IMG/VR virus record: IMGVR_UViG_3300017565_000001
Span: 13,741 to 77,740 of that record
DNA length: 64,000 bases
Strand: one strand, 5' to 3'
Source: a virus
Taxonomy: Duplodnaviria > Heunggongvirae > Uroviricota > Caudoviricetes
Shown here: positions 43,676 through 53,494 of the stretch, piece after piece
Layout: the number at the start of each line of letters is the position of its first letter
Position numbering within the stretch: position 1 is the stretch's first letter
Position numbers and translations under genes: made by a program
Notes under the pieces: generated by a model
Database searches by the model: none
Told to the model about the DNA's origin: nothing
The model's input: only the letters and a program-made list of their open reading frames with translations

Positions 43676-44884
43676 ATGATGAAGGTATTGAAGCAGGAAG
43701 GTTTGTCTCTCATCCGTGCATGGGTGGGTGATCTCTCGGAAATCGAAGACCAGGCACTCAAGCAGGCGAAGAATCTCGCCCGCCTGCCCTTCATCGCAAA
43801 CAACGGCGTCGCCCTGATGCCTGACGTTCACGCTGGTAAGGGTTCCACGGTAGGTTCCGTTATCGCAACCGAACGTGCAATCATTCCCGCTGCCGTGGGT
43901 GTTGACATCGGCTGTGGTATGGTTGCCGTGCGCACCAGCATGAAGGCCAGCGACCTGCCTGAATCCCTGGCGAATATCCGCCATCAAATTGAACGCGATG
44001 TGCCGCTGGGCAACAGCAAGCACGAACGCGACGATCTGGTGAGCGCTCACTGGTCTGGTCGCCAAGACTTGCTTGGTCGCATCAACGAATTGCTGAAGAA
44101 GCATCCGCAACTGGAACAGCGTGGTGAGGCCTATCTGGGCCAACTTGGTTCCCTGGGATCTGGTAACCACTTCATCGAACTGTGTCTGGATGAAAACCAG
44201 GATGTGTGGGTGATGCTGCATTCGGGATCGCGTGGCTTCGGCAACAAGATCGGTACGTTCTTCATTGAACAGGCCATGACCGAAATGAACCGCTACTTCA
44301 TCAAGCTTGACGATCCGGACCTGGCGTATCTGCCTGAAGGTACGCAAAGCTTCGATGACTACGTGGCGGCTGTGAGCATCGGGCAGGACTACGCGATGCA
44401 AAACCGCAAGCAGATGCTGGAGCTCACGATCGCTGCATTGCGTCGTCACATTCCGATCGAATTCACGTTGACTGAAGAAGCGATCAACTGCCACCACAAC
44501 TATGTGGTTCGCGAGAATCACTTCGGCCAGAACATGTGGATCACCCGTAAGGGCGCAATCCAGGCCCGCGCAGGTTCGCTGGGCATCATCCCCGGTTCGA
44601 TGGGGCAGAAGAGCTACATCGTTCGTGGCAAGGGCAATGCTCACTCCTACTGCTCGTGTTCGCACGGTGCAGGGCGTATGTATTCGCGTACGAAGGCCAA
44701 GGCACTGTTCACTCTGAAGGATCTGGCGGACCAAACGCAAGGTGTGGAATGCCGCAAGGATGCTGACGTGCTGGATGAAATTCCGTCCGCATATAAGAAC
44801 ATCGACCATGTTATGGAAAACCAACGGGATCTGGTAGATGTGGTCCACACGCTTAAGGCAGTTCTTTGTGTAAAGGGGTCGTGA
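43676..44884 (+). CDS. rtcB: RtcB 3'-phosphate/5'-OH RNA ligase
   Basis: MPDVHAGKG, VGVDIGCG, GSLGSGNHFIE, HSGSRG, NCHHNY, PGSMG, SHGAGR, DEIPSAYK. Confidence 0.97.
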   Translation: MMKVLKQEGLSLIRAWVGDLSEIEDQALKQAKNLARLPFIANNGVALMPDVHAGKGSTVGSVIATERAIIPAAVGVDIGCGMVAVRTSMKASDLPESLANIRHQIERDVPLGNSKHERDDLVSAHWSGRQDLLGRINELLKKHPQLEQRGEAYLGQLGSLGSGNHFIELCLDENQDVWVMLHSGSRGFGNKIGTFFIEQAMTEMNRYFIKLDDPDLAYLPEGTQSFDDYVAAVSIGQDYAMQNRKQMLELTIAALRRHIPIEFTLTEEAINCHHNYVVRENHFGQNMWITRKGAIQARAGSLGIIPGSMGQKSYIVRGKGNAHSYCSCSHGAGRMYSRTKAKALFTLKDLADQTQGVECRKDADVLDEIPSAYKNIDHVMENQRDLVDVVHTLKAVLCVKGS

Positions 44885-44886
44885 TC

Positions 44887-45120
44887 ATGGTCAGCATAGC
44901 ATTCAATACGTGGTTCGTTTTGGTGTGGGCATTGGTCTATTTGGCGGCCGACTACTACCAGTATACCATTCAATATGGGGCCATTTCCAGGCTATTCAAG
45001 ATGGTATCGATCATCCTGTTCTTTACTGTCGTGGTTGTCATCCTGTTGGTTGGTGGTGAACTGAGTCTGACGACTGCTTGGAATTCACCGTTCGTAAACA
45101 TCACCACAACGGCCAAATAA
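44887..45120 (+). CDS. small membrane protein
   Basis: Two hydrophobic segments. Confidence 0.6.
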   Translation: MVSIAFNTWFVLVWALVYLAADYYQYTIQYGAISRLFKMVSIILFFTVVVVILLVGGELSLTTAWNSPFVNITTTAK

Positions 45121-45356
45121 TGATCAACATCACACTCAATTTGTGGTACTTCTTTGCCATGTATTCGGCGATGCTCGTGGGGATATTCGTATTTCCACGC
45201 CCATTTAAATGGGTGGCATACGGTGTCATCCTGGCCTGGACTATATTTGCGTTGATTTGGGCAACAGTTGGTGGGTCAATGACTATCGTCACATTTGACG
45301 CCGTTATTGGGACCACCCATCTTAACGGATTGATGTCTCTGTTCAATGCTCAATAA
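45120..45356 (+). CDS. small membrane protein
   Basis: TAATG coupling; two hydrophobic segments. Confidence 0.6.
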   Translation: MINITLNLWYFFAMYSAMLVGIFVFPRPFKWVAYGVILAWTIFALIWATVGGSMTIVTFDAVIGTTHLNGLMSLFNAQ

Positions 45357-45381
45357 ACTTTTCAAACGTCTAGGAATCAAT

Positions 45382-45696
45382 ATGGGAACGATTGTCATCA
45401 ACGGCCAGACTTTCACTGGCAACAATGTGGACATCGTTGGTGGTCGAGTCATCATTGACGGTGTTGAACAAATGAGTGGCCAGTCTGGCATTCTGGAGAT
45501 TCGTGTCACCGAAGGAACCATTCACAACCTGAAGGCTGATGGTTCCGTGAATTGCCTGAATGTCACGGGTAACGTGTCAGCAGGTGGGAGCGTCAATTGC
45601 AACGACGTGGGTGGGAATGTGGCTGCTGGTGGTTCGGTCAACTGTGATGACGTGAGCGGAAAAGTCACCGCTGGTGGCAGTGTGAGGATGGGATGA
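45382..45696 (+). CDS. beta-helix repeat protein (bactofilin/adhesin-like)
   Basis: Repeats V.GNV.AGGSVNC.D. Confidence 0.65.
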   Translation: MGTIVINGQTFTGNNVDIVGGRVIIDGVEQMSGQSGILEIRVTEGTIHNLKADGSVNCLNVTGNVSAGGSVNCNDVGGNVAAGGSVNCDDVSGKVTAGGSVRMG

Positions 45697-45980
45697 CGAC
45701 TCACAAAGAGCGGGCGCGCAAGGCTGCTGATGCCATGTTTGCGGCTTTACCTGCCAACATTCGGGACTGTGACATAGGTGAGGCAATCGACTGGGCTCGA
45801 AAGACTCTCACCAATCACGAAGGGTCGGGGCATTATTTCTATCTGCACTCTGACAAGCCTGGTCTCTTCTGTTGCTCATTCGCAAAGCCAGAATGGGCCG
45901 GTGATCATTGCAGTGATCATTACGATTCAGCCAATGAAGCCATTGTGATGGCCGTATGCGAATATTTGTCAGGATGCTGA
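45693..45980 (+). CDS. hypothetical protein
   Basis: ATGA coupling. Confidence 0.6.
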   Translation: MTTHKERARKAADAMFAALPANIRDCDIGEAIDWARKTLTNHEGSGHYFYLHSDKPGLFCCSFAKPEWAGDHCSDHYDSANEAIVMAVCEYLSGC

Positions 45981-45993
45981 TATCGGAGATGTC

Positions 45994-46254
45994 ATGTGTA
46001 GAGTTTGTGTGAAATGTGGTTCCACCACGACGATGCAAGTTCAGGCATTGCTTCAAGCTCCAGGGTCATCGTATCACAACATTCGATTGAGCGACAGCGA
46101 TGTTGAATGCCTGAGCGTTGATTGGCGGACCGCTGACTTCATATGTCACAATCCCGATTGTCGATATGTAGATGACGGGTTTGGTAAATTAGTGAAGGAT
46201 CTCCGTTCAGAAATCCAAGAGCTAAAGCGCCAGTTGGCAGATAAAAATTCGTAA
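45994..46254 (+). CDS. Zn-ribbon protein
   Basis: CVKC ... CHNPDC. Confidence 0.6.
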   Translation: MCRVCVKCGSTTTMQVQALLQAPGSSYHNIRLSDSDVECLSVDWRTADFICHNPDCRYVDDGFGKLVKDLRSEIQELKRQLADKNS

Positions 46255-46314
46255 ATTCACTTGAGTATTGCCACTGGTTATGCAAGAATGGTGGCAATAT
46301 ATCAAGAGGATAAT

Positions 46315-46875
46315 ATGAACATCATCATCACCGGCAACATTGGTTGCGGCAAATCCACCATCGTGCAGCGTCTCAAGGAGATGCTCGTTGGCTACGAATT
46401 TCACGACATCGACCAGTTGGTCCGCGACTGGTATACGACTCCCGAAGCTGAAGCTTTTCTGATGGCAACGTGCGGCACTACTGACCGTTCCATCATCAGT
46501 GACATGGCCTTCGCCAATCCCTCTCTGCGTAAGAGCCTGGAAGAGCGAACCATGCGAGACCTGCATGACAAGGTGATCGAACTGTTCGCACTCCCGAACG
46601 CAATCATCGAATTCCCGCTCTACTTTGAGATGGGATGTCATATCAACCGACATGATCGACATCAACGTGTCATCACCGTCGCTTGCCCCGAGGAATCGCA
46701 GAACCGTCGCATCAAGGAACGCAACGGCTTCACTGACGAGAAAATCGCCAAGATCCGCGCCATCCAGTACCCGGCTTCCGTTAAGGAAAACCTGGCTGAC
46801 TACGTGATCAACAATCTGGACTTCAAAGACACCAGGCCTCAACTGGAAGAACTTATCAACCTGTGGGGTATCTGA
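46315..46875 (+). CDS. coaE: dephospho-CoA kinase
   Basis: ITGNIGCGKST, HDID, IEFPLYFE, VITVAC, R..R...RNG, ADYVINN. Confidence 0.85.
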   Translation: MNIIITGNIGCGKSTIVQRLKEMLVGYEFHDIDQLVRDWYTTPEAEAFLMATCGTTDRSIISDMAFANPSLRKSLEERTMRDLHDKVIELFALPNAIIEFPLYFEMGCHINRHDRHQRVITVACPEESQNRRIKERNGFTDEKIAKIRAIQYPASVKENLADYVINNLDFKDTRPQLEELINLWGI

Positions 46876-46876
46876 C

Positions 46877-47389
46877 ATGATGACCATTGGCGTTTACGCA
46901 GGCTCATTCGATCCAATCACCAATGGTCACATGAGTGTCATCAAGCAATCTTTGAACTTGTTTGATGAAGTGATTGTGGCAATTGGTATCAATCCTGCGA
47001 AGAAATACTTCATGGGCTCACAAGAAGATCGGCGCAAGCTGGTCGAAGATGTGGTTATGAACGAGCTCATGGATGGTGAATCAAGTCGCGTCAGAGTGTG
47101 CAACATCGACAATCAATTCCTGATCAAGTATGCAGCCAGCATGTCTGCCACTCACTTAATTCGTGGGTTGCGTGACTCGACCGATTTCATTTACGAATCA
47201 GGCATTCAGGAAGTCAATCGCGAAATCGATTCCTCGATTGAAACTGTATACCTGGTTTGTCCGCCTCATCTTCGCACGGTCAGTTCTTCTATCGTGAAGG
47301 GCTTTGTGGGATTTGAGGGTTGGGAAGAGCAAATCGCCAAGAAGGTCAATCCCTTGGTGGTGCAGGCGATCAAACAACGGACGGCTTGA
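46877..47389 (+). CDS. coaD: phosphopantetheine adenylyltransferase
   Basis: YAGSFDPITNGH, N..KKY, IRGLR...DF.YE, N, VSSS.VK. Confidence 0.93.
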   Translation: MMTIGVYAGSFDPITNGHMSVIKQSLNLFDEVIVAIGINPAKKYFMGSQEDRRKLVEDVVMNELMDGESSRVRVCNIDNQFLIKYAASMSATHLIRGLRDSTDFIYESGIQEVNREIDSSIETVYLVCPPHLRTVSSSIVKGFVGFEGWEEQIAKKVNPLVVQAIKQRTA

Positions 47390-47443
47390 CTTTGTTCATT
47401 TGATTGTGTATCATTTGGTATAGAGTCAACAAGGAGAACGACT

Positions 47444-47914
47444 ATGAAACGAATTCTCGTCGCAGTCACCGCCGCAATGATCACATCAACAGCTCACGCT
47501 CAGTTCAGTGCCGGTGAAATCGCCGGCATCATTCTGGGTGGGGCAGCGGGCGGAGCAGGTTGTTCTCAGTTTGGTGGTGGCACTGGTCGAACCGCAGCGA
47601 TCATTGGTTGTTCGACCCTGGGTGCAATCGTGGGGCAACAACTGACCAAGCCCCCGCAACCTCGATACCAACAGTATCAAAACCCATACACGCAGAATCC
47701 CGGCTATGTATTTCAGGGCAATCCTTACAGCCAGGGGTTCCAGCAATCGCCCATCGTTATCACCCGTGGGCCCGACTACCAACGCAATAGCTGTCAGATC
47801 GTCACTCGATCCATGCAAACTATTACCAACCAGGTTACAGTTGAATCGTGTGCCTGTTGGAATGCTCAACGTGGCGCGTTGGTTGAGACTGAGATGGCAT
47901 ATTGCCGTAATTAA
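47444..47914 (+). CDS. exported glycine-zipper protein (17-kDa surface antigen-like)
   Basis: Signal peptide; GIILGGAAGGAG...GGGTGR.AA..G..LGA.VG. Confidence 0.75.
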   Translation: MKRILVAVTAAMITSTAHAQFSAGEIAGIILGGAAGGAGCSQFGGGTGRTAAIIGCSTLGAIVGQQLTKPPQPRYQQYQNPYTQNPGYVFQGNPYSQGFQQSPIVITRGPDYQRNSCQIVTRSMQTITNQVTVESCACWNAQRGALVETEMAYCRN

Positions 47915-47992
47915 ACAACAGGTGTCAATTAACACTTGACGTCCGGTTGCCATTCCGTTTAAATCACATACCTTAACATTTTGGAGTTTTCC

Positions 47993-48631
47993 ATGGAATT
48001 CGTCAATGGCATCCTGACCGGATTGGTTGCCTCAATCTTTTTCTGGCCCGTCGTCATCGGTGCCTTTGTCTGGCTCATGTACGCCGTCGATGGTGCGAAG
48101 GGTGGGCAAACCCTCATCACCACGGTGTTGGTGTTGGGTCTGTCATTCCTGAAGTGGCCTGAAGTCGGCACGTTCGTCAAAGACCACACGTTCATGGCCA
48201 TTGGCATTTATGTAGCTGTGGGTGTGGTGTGGTCCCTGGTGAAATGGATGATTACCGTTAACAAAATGGTTCGCCAATTCCGTGTGATCAAGGATACGTA
48301 TTCCACCACCAACCAGTTGGATGGCGCGTATTTCAAAACCAACCCCAGTACCAGCCACATTGAGGGTTTGGTGCGCGCCCTAAACCAGTCGAAGTCTTTC
48401 AATATGATCGACTGGCACAATGTGCAATCCATGGAACGTGTTGTCCGCTACATCACACCGCAAGTCAACAGCAACAAGTACAAACTGTTCACGTGGGGTC
48501 TTTACTGGCCGGCGTCGGTTGTGTGGTTCCTGGTTGCCGATGCCATCACTACGTTCGGCGAGTTCCTGTACGCTCGCTTCGGCAACATCTTCCAAGCCAT
48601 TGCTGACCGCATGGTGAAGAAGGCACTGTAA
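47993..48631 (+). CDS. membrane protein
   Basis: Three N-terminal TM segments; C-terminal WGLYWP.SVVW. Confidence 0.75.
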   Translation: MEFVNGILTGLVASIFFWPVVIGAFVWLMYAVDGAKGGQTLITTVLVLGLSFLKWPEVGTFVKDHTFMAIGIYVAVGVVWSLVKWMITVNKMVRQFRVIKDTYSTTNQLDGAYFKTNPSTSHIEGLVRALNQSKSFNMIDWHNVQSMERVVRYITPQVNSNKYKLFTWGLYWPASVVWFLVADAITTFGEFLYARFGNIFQAIADRMVKKAL

Positions 48632-48730
48632 GTCCTCCAGTGCTAAGAGCCGGGAATTCCCGGCTCTTTTTACGAATGGCGCTTGATTGTGCTACGCAAT
48701 ATGCCATACAATAATTAAAAGGAAATTGGC

Positions 48731-49621
48731 ATGACTTCTATAATAAAAGAGCTCACTGAACAAAAGCTCATCAATCCACCCGACTTTGTTAATTCGGGCA
48801 TTCAATATGAAACCATCATGGGTTCAGTGTCATATGGCGTAAGCAATGACGCAAGTGACGTTGACGTTTATGGCTTCTGCATTCCACCGCGTGACATCGT
48901 GTTCCCGCACGTGAAAGGTGAGATTCAGGGCTTCGGCCGTCAAATCCAACGGTTTGAACAATTTCAGCAGCATCACATCAAAAGCCTGGATGGCCAGAAA
49001 GAGTACGATGTTAGTGTCTACAACATCGTTAAGTTCTTTCAGCTCTGTATGGAAAACAACCCCAACATGGTCGACAGTCTGTACACGCCAGACCGCTGCG
49101 TTCTGTATAAGAGCAAAGTGGGTGGTATGGTGCGCGACAGTCGTGATCTGTTTCTGCACAAGGGTTCGTGGCACAAATTTAAGGGCTATGCTTACGCCCA
49201 GATGAGTAAGATCAAGAACAAGACCAATCGTGAAAATCCCAAACGAGCTGAAAGCATTGAAAAGTTTGGATACGATGTCAAGTTTGCATATCACGTTGTT
49301 CGATTGATTGATGAAGTGGAACAGATCCTCATGCATGGTACGCTGGATCTGGAGCGCAATCGCGAACAGCTTAAGAGCATTCGGCGCGGTGAATGGACGT
49401 TTGAAGAAATTGAACAGTTCTTCAACAACAAGGAAGCGCAACTGGAGGCCCTTTATACGACGTCCACGCTACGCCATTCTCCGGATGAAGATCAGATCAA
49501 AGCCCTCCTGCTTAATTGCTTGGAAGAGCATTACGGCAGTCTGGACAATATGATTGCAAAGACCGATCGTTCACCACAATTGATTGCCGACCTGTTGTCA
49601 GTAATCTCTCAATATCGATAA
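48731..49621 (+). CDS. RlaP/YcgL-type Pol-beta nucleotidyltransferase
   Basis: GSVSYG.....SDVDVYG, NNPNMVDSL, KFAYHVVRL. Confidence 0.85.
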   Translation: MTSIIKELTEQKLINPPDFVNSGIQYETIMGSVSYGVSNDASDVDVYGFCIPPRDIVFPHVKGEIQGFGRQIQRFEQFQQHHIKSLDGQKEYDVSVYNIVKFFQLCMENNPNMVDSLYTPDRCVLYKSKVGGMVRDSRDLFLHKGSWHKFKGYAYAQMSKIKNKTNRENPKRAESIEKFGYDVKFAYHVVRLIDEVEQILMHGTLDLERNREQLKSIRRGEWTFEEIEQFFNNKEAQLEALYTTSTLRHSPDEDQIKALLLNCLEEHYGSLDNMIAKTDRSPQLIADLLSVISQYR

Positions 49622-49624
49622 GGA

Positions 49625-50110
49625 ATGAAAATGACCGTGACGCCGTGGATAAATGTTGGTGAATCCGAATACAGCAAGGTGTTCGACATCAAGAAGGTTG
49701 AGCAGATTCGCAACGCCAAATACGTGGGTGATTTCTGCATCAAGGGTTCAAACAGTAATTGGTCGGATATGCCGGTCGCTGTGTTCTACCAGGCAACTCC
49801 ACCCGAGGGTTACGGTCACTACTTTGGTTTGTTTACTCGAGCTGGCAGTGTTCTGATTTGCGACGCATCTTCAACGGTTGGCATCCCAATTATGGGAGTG
49901 CAAGCTCAGAACGGAGAAATCATCTATAGTCGTTATCGTCATGATTATCGAGTTAGTCAAGATGGCACGGTGACTATTGATGGTGGCCGAGACTATATGA
50001 AAGTAAGTGGCGGTGTTGATATGGTCGTTCTCACCATTGAGGACGGTGAAGTCGTCATTGTGGAAAATCCTGATTTGTTGTTTGTTGCCAACAAATTGAA
50101 GGAAGAATAA
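49625..50110 (+). CDS. conserved phage hypothetical protein
   Basis: YSRYRHDY...IDGGRDY. Confidence 0.75.
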   Translation: MKMTVTPWINVGESEYSKVFDIKKVEQIRNAKYVGDFCIKGSNSNWSDMPVAVFYQATPPEGYGHYFGLFTRAGSVLICDASSTVGIPIMGVQAQNGEIIYSRYRHDYRVSQDGTVTIDGGRDYMKVSGGVDMVVLTIEDGEVVIVENPDLLFVANKLKEE

Positions 50111-50421
50111 TGGCCTTGATTCAATTTCCCACCTTGACGGAATTGAACCCCAGACTGGCTGACATGGCGAATTTTACTTCTCCCAGGAAATGGCTATCCG
50201 AGGCAGTAAAAACAAAGTTGACAGCGCTGTCCCCTACAGAATGGGCTGAATGCCCATTCCCCAAAGTCAAGTTGGATCGAAGCAATTTGCATGTGTTGAT
50301 ATGGGCACGAGAATTCTTTGGAGCCGATCAAATCATGCTGGCATCTTCGGCTAATTTGTTCTTGTCAACCACCGATCAAGTGGCAATACTCAAATTGAGA
50401 TTCCCGGAGATATTCCATTGA
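50110..50421 (+). CDS. FKL-motif family protein
   Basis: LIWAREFFG ... TDQVAILKLRF. Confidence 0.7.
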   Translation: MALIQFPTLTELNPRLADMANFTSPRKWLSEAVKTKLTALSPTEWAECPFPKVKLDRSNLHVLIWAREFFGADQIMLASSANLFLSTTDQVAILKLRFPEIFH

Positions 50422-50762
50422 AGTTTGAAAACACGAAGCATTTCTCTGAGGTTATACCTGACTACCTAATATCACCAATCCCGGTAATATCAGGTGAGTG
50501 CGTGGGTGATTGGGTACATCGATTCACCGTCCACGAAGGTCGTGTACCAAACCGACTAGATTTTGCCAAACATCAAGGGTTCCATAAATTCCGTTTCATT
50601 GATCCATATGCGAATAAATGGGAAGGCGTCGTAGCCAAATTGGATCGGGCCAAAGAAATTTGTACCAACCATTATGACGTCAAAGATTGGTTCATCACGG
50701 CGGAAGGGACCGTGTGGATGGCAAGTGAAGAAGAAATCCTTTTGTTTAAATTGTACTGGTAA
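50418..50762 (+). CDS. FKL-motif family protein
   Basis: SEEEILLFKLYW*. Confidence 0.7.
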   Translation: MKFENTKHFSEVIPDYLISPIPVISGECVGDWVHRFTVHEGRVPNRLDFAKHQGFHKFRFIDPYANKWEGVVAKLDRAKEICTNHYDVKDWFITAEGTVWMASEEEILLFKLYW

Positions 50763-50765
50763 ATC

Positions 50766-51212
50766 ATGTCTAAGTTCACAAACAAAGTTGTCATGCCTGT
50801 GGTCAGAAAAGTGGTACCCAATCTGATTGCCAACCAACTGGTGAGTGTCCAACCACTAAGTGGCGCGACAGGACACATATTTCCTACTCGATTTTCTTTT
50901 AACGACTTCGATTTCATCTACCCAGATTTGTCCCGTAAAGGTAATCTGGATTACAGCAATAAGAAAGCCAGGAATGGAAATCCCCATTGGCGGGCGACTA
51001 CCATTCTTGTGGGTGATCCCAAATACAAACAATTGTTCAAGAATATGATTGGCGACAGTGACAAAACATTCACCAAGCCATGTCAATGGTTGGTCGATGC
51101 CGTGCTAGAATTTAATGGTCGCGTAAACCTTAACGATTGTCAGTTCGACACCATATGTCTAATTTTTTCGAACCCGGAAGATCATTTAGCGTTCATCCTG
51201 AAATGGGGTTGA
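50766..51212 (+). CDS. FKL-motif family protein
   Basis: FSNPEDHLAFILKWG*. Confidence 0.7.
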   Translation: MSKFTNKVVMPVVRKVVPNLIANQLVSVQPLSGATGHIFPTRFSFNDFDFIYPDLSRKGNLDYSNKKARNGNPHWRATTILVGDPKYKQLFKNMIGDSDKTFTKPCQWLVDAVLEFNGRVNLNDCQFDTICLIFSNPEDHLAFILKWG

Positions 51213-51460
51213 TCATTGATTCGTTTGATTTGTCGTATCCGGTATATGACGCCTTGTCAAACGAATATTTGGCCGTTCACGAATATAGAAGTTCCGATTG
51301 GCTTAAATTTATAGAAACAGAAAATTGTCGACCGCTCAGTTTCTTGAAACCACCAAAAGGCTCTCAGCCATCAGTACGCGCATCACAAGCTTTTATATGG
51401 CCGAAGTTCATATTTGATGACGAAGAAAGTCTCATCGCATTCATGTTGAAATGGGGTTGA
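51203..51460 (+). CDS. FKL-motif family protein
   Basis: FDDEESLIAFMLKWG*. Confidence 0.7.
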   Translation: MGLIIDSFDLSYPVYDALSNEYLAVHEYRSSDWLKFIETENCRPLSFLKPPKGSQPSVRASQAFIWPKFIFDDEESLIAFMLKWG

Positions 51461-51493
51461 TTCACTGAGGCCATAAATAGGCAAGTTGAATTC

Positions 51494-51757
51494 TTGCCGG
51501 AGCCTCAGATGTATTGGTTTAAGGGTGACGACCCGCTAGTGGTGCGGGTAATTGACAGATTGTATGTGGACCTGGTGAGAAGCCGGGAACTCTGTGATCC
51601 AGATGAGATTTTGGCGCCAATAGCCGCTCAGTGCAATGCTCTTTATGGCAAAGTATCTGAGCGGTTTGGACCATCTGAAGAGTACGAATGTTTGGTATGC
51701 GCGTTTCGGTTCAAGACTGAAATGGACATGCTTGCGTTCATACTTCGATATCAATAG
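51494..51757 (+). CDS. FKL-motif family protein
   Basis: FRFKTEMDMLAFILRY; TAG stop. Confidence 0.65.
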   Translation: MPEPQMYWFKGDDPLVVRVIDRLYVDLVRSRELCDPDEILAPIAAQCNALYGKVSERFGPSEEYECLVCAFRFKTEMDMLAFILRYQ

Positions 51758-51788
51758 AATGCCAATCCGTTTAGGAGCCAAATAGTAA

Positions 51789-52706
51789 ATGGAAAAACCG
51801 TTTCAGGGTCTTCGTACTTTTCTGAAGGCCACGACCGATGTCAGCAACCTCAAGGACAAACTATGTGTCGTGGGGATCCCCTTTGATTGTGCGACTACCA
51901 ATAGGCCAGGAGCAAGGTTTGGCCCCGCTGGGGTTCGTGATGCTTCCTTGATGCTCACCGATGGTGTTCATCCACTATGGAACATCGATCCGACCCGTCA
52001 CCTCGTAGACTTGGGTGATATTCCAGTCAGCAACACGAACATCAGCAAGTCCTTGGAACAAATAACAGGCTTCTTGGACCACTATGTCTATGGGGCTACG
52101 GATCAACGCCAGTCGCTCTGTATTGGTGGAGATCATGCAGTTACGCTTGGTATTTTGCGCAGCGTGGCGAAGCGCCACGGTCCCTTGGCTATGATTCATT
52201 TCGACGCTCATAGTGACACTTCGATCGATCACATGGGTGATCCTGTGGGTCATGGCACATGGCTCCGCAATGCCATCGACGAAGGTTTGGTTAATCCAGA
52301 AAAGACAATCAGCATCGGTGTAAGAGCTCCCGGGGGTGAAACTTCCAGGCACTATTTGGCAGAACGAGGTGGTCGAACAATTTCAGCCCGAGACGCCATG
52401 CGTGGGGATTTCAAGAAACTGATGTTTGAATGCTGGGATATCATTGGTGAAACTCCCACGTATCTGTCTCTGGATATCGACAGCCTGGATCCCAGCATGG
52501 CTCCTGGTACTGGAACCCCTGAAATTGCAGGCCTGACTACCGCTTGGGTCCTCGATGCCATGGAAGAAATGGGAGAACTCTCATTCAACTGGGCGGGGAT
52601 GGATGTTGTTGAAGTTGCTCCAGCATATGATAACAGCCAGATTACTGCTCTTGCCGCAGCAACGTTCGCTTGGACGTATGCCTGCATGATTGCAAAGGAC
52701 AAATGA
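51789..52706 (+). CDS. speB: agmatinase (ureohydrolase family)
   Basis: GIPFD, RPGARFGP, GGDHAVT, HFDAHSD, HGT, SLDIDSLDP..APGTGTPE, DVVEVAPAYD. Confidence 0.92.
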   Translation: MEKPFQGLRTFLKATTDVSNLKDKLCVVGIPFDCATTNRPGARFGPAGVRDASLMLTDGVHPLWNIDPTRHLVDLGDIPVSNTNISKSLEQITGFLDHYVYGATDQRQSLCIGGDHAVTLGILRSVAKRHGPLAMIHFDAHSDTSIDHMGDPVGHGTWLRNAIDEGLVNPEKTISIGVRAPGGETSRHYLAERGGRTISARDAMRGDFKKLMFECWDIIGETPTYLSLDIDSLDPSMAPGTGTPEIAGLTTAWVLDAMEEMGELSFNWAGMDVVEVAPAYDNSQITALAAATFAWTYACMIAKDK

Positions 52707-53134
52707 ATCCTAACATTCACACCATGTACCATTCCGCTGGCGCGAGATTTCATGGTATTCAATTGACTGACTACGCCAAACCCCACGAATCGTTAATGTG
52801 GGAACCTGACGTCAAGCTGATTCACACTCGTGCTGAACTCTATACTAAGGTTGTGAGCTTGTGGGCTCGTCCATTCTCTACTGATGAAACAGTGTCAGTA
52901 GAAGAATGGTTGCATAATTACGAAAGCGTTAGTGGGGAGTTCAGCGTCCCATGTAGGGCTATGATTGCCGCCGGCAGATTCTACATGGTAAATTGTGGCA
53001 ACTACTACGATGAATGGACTCATTGGTTGGACGACAATGTACCCGCAGCCGATTGTACATGGTGGGGAGGTCTGGTATTCTTCACCAGAGAGGCTGACGC
53101 CATAATATTCAAATTGCACTTTGGTGAACAATGA
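52703..53134 (+). CDS. FKL-motif family protein
   Basis: WTHWLDDNV...W...FFTREADAIIFKLHF. Confidence 0.75.
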   Translation: MNPNIHTMYHSAGARFHGIQLTDYAKPHESLMWEPDVKLIHTRAELYTKVVSLWARPFSTDETVSVEEWLHNYESVSGEFSVPCRAMIAAGRFYMVNCGNYYDEWTHWLDDNVPAADCTWWGGLVFFTREADAIIFKLHFGEQ

Positions 53135-53439
53135 CCGTCTATTCGTATGCCCCTGAGGCCCAACAATTCAAGGATGAAAGCATATCGATATCCAAACGAG
53201 TGCTTGACTATTCTCGCCTAATCAATTCCCCACTCGACACATATGATGCGGTGAAGCTTGGTGCTCCGTATGCGAAGTTCCCACCAGGTACTGACCCCGA
53301 AGTCAGAGCAAAGGCCCTTCTTTGGGCCCTGGAAGAATTCGGGAAGGAACATGTGATGAGCGACATGCTGGGAGCCAGCTATGTGTTGTTCAGTACTTGG
53401 AACCAAGCCATGATGTTTAAGCTCAGGTGGGCGCCTTGA
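53131..53439 (+). CDS. FKL-motif family protein
   Basis: LLWALEEFG ... FSTWNQAMMFKLRW. Confidence 0.75.
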   Translation: MTVYSYAPEAQQFKDESISISKRVLDYSRLINSPLDTYDAVKLGAPYAKFPPGTDPEVRAKALLWALEEFGKEHVMSDMLGASYVLFSTWNQAMMFKLRWAP

Positions 53440-53494
53440 CTTACATGGCATAACTTTGTATCATTTGGTACATGAAATATCACAAGGAAGACAG

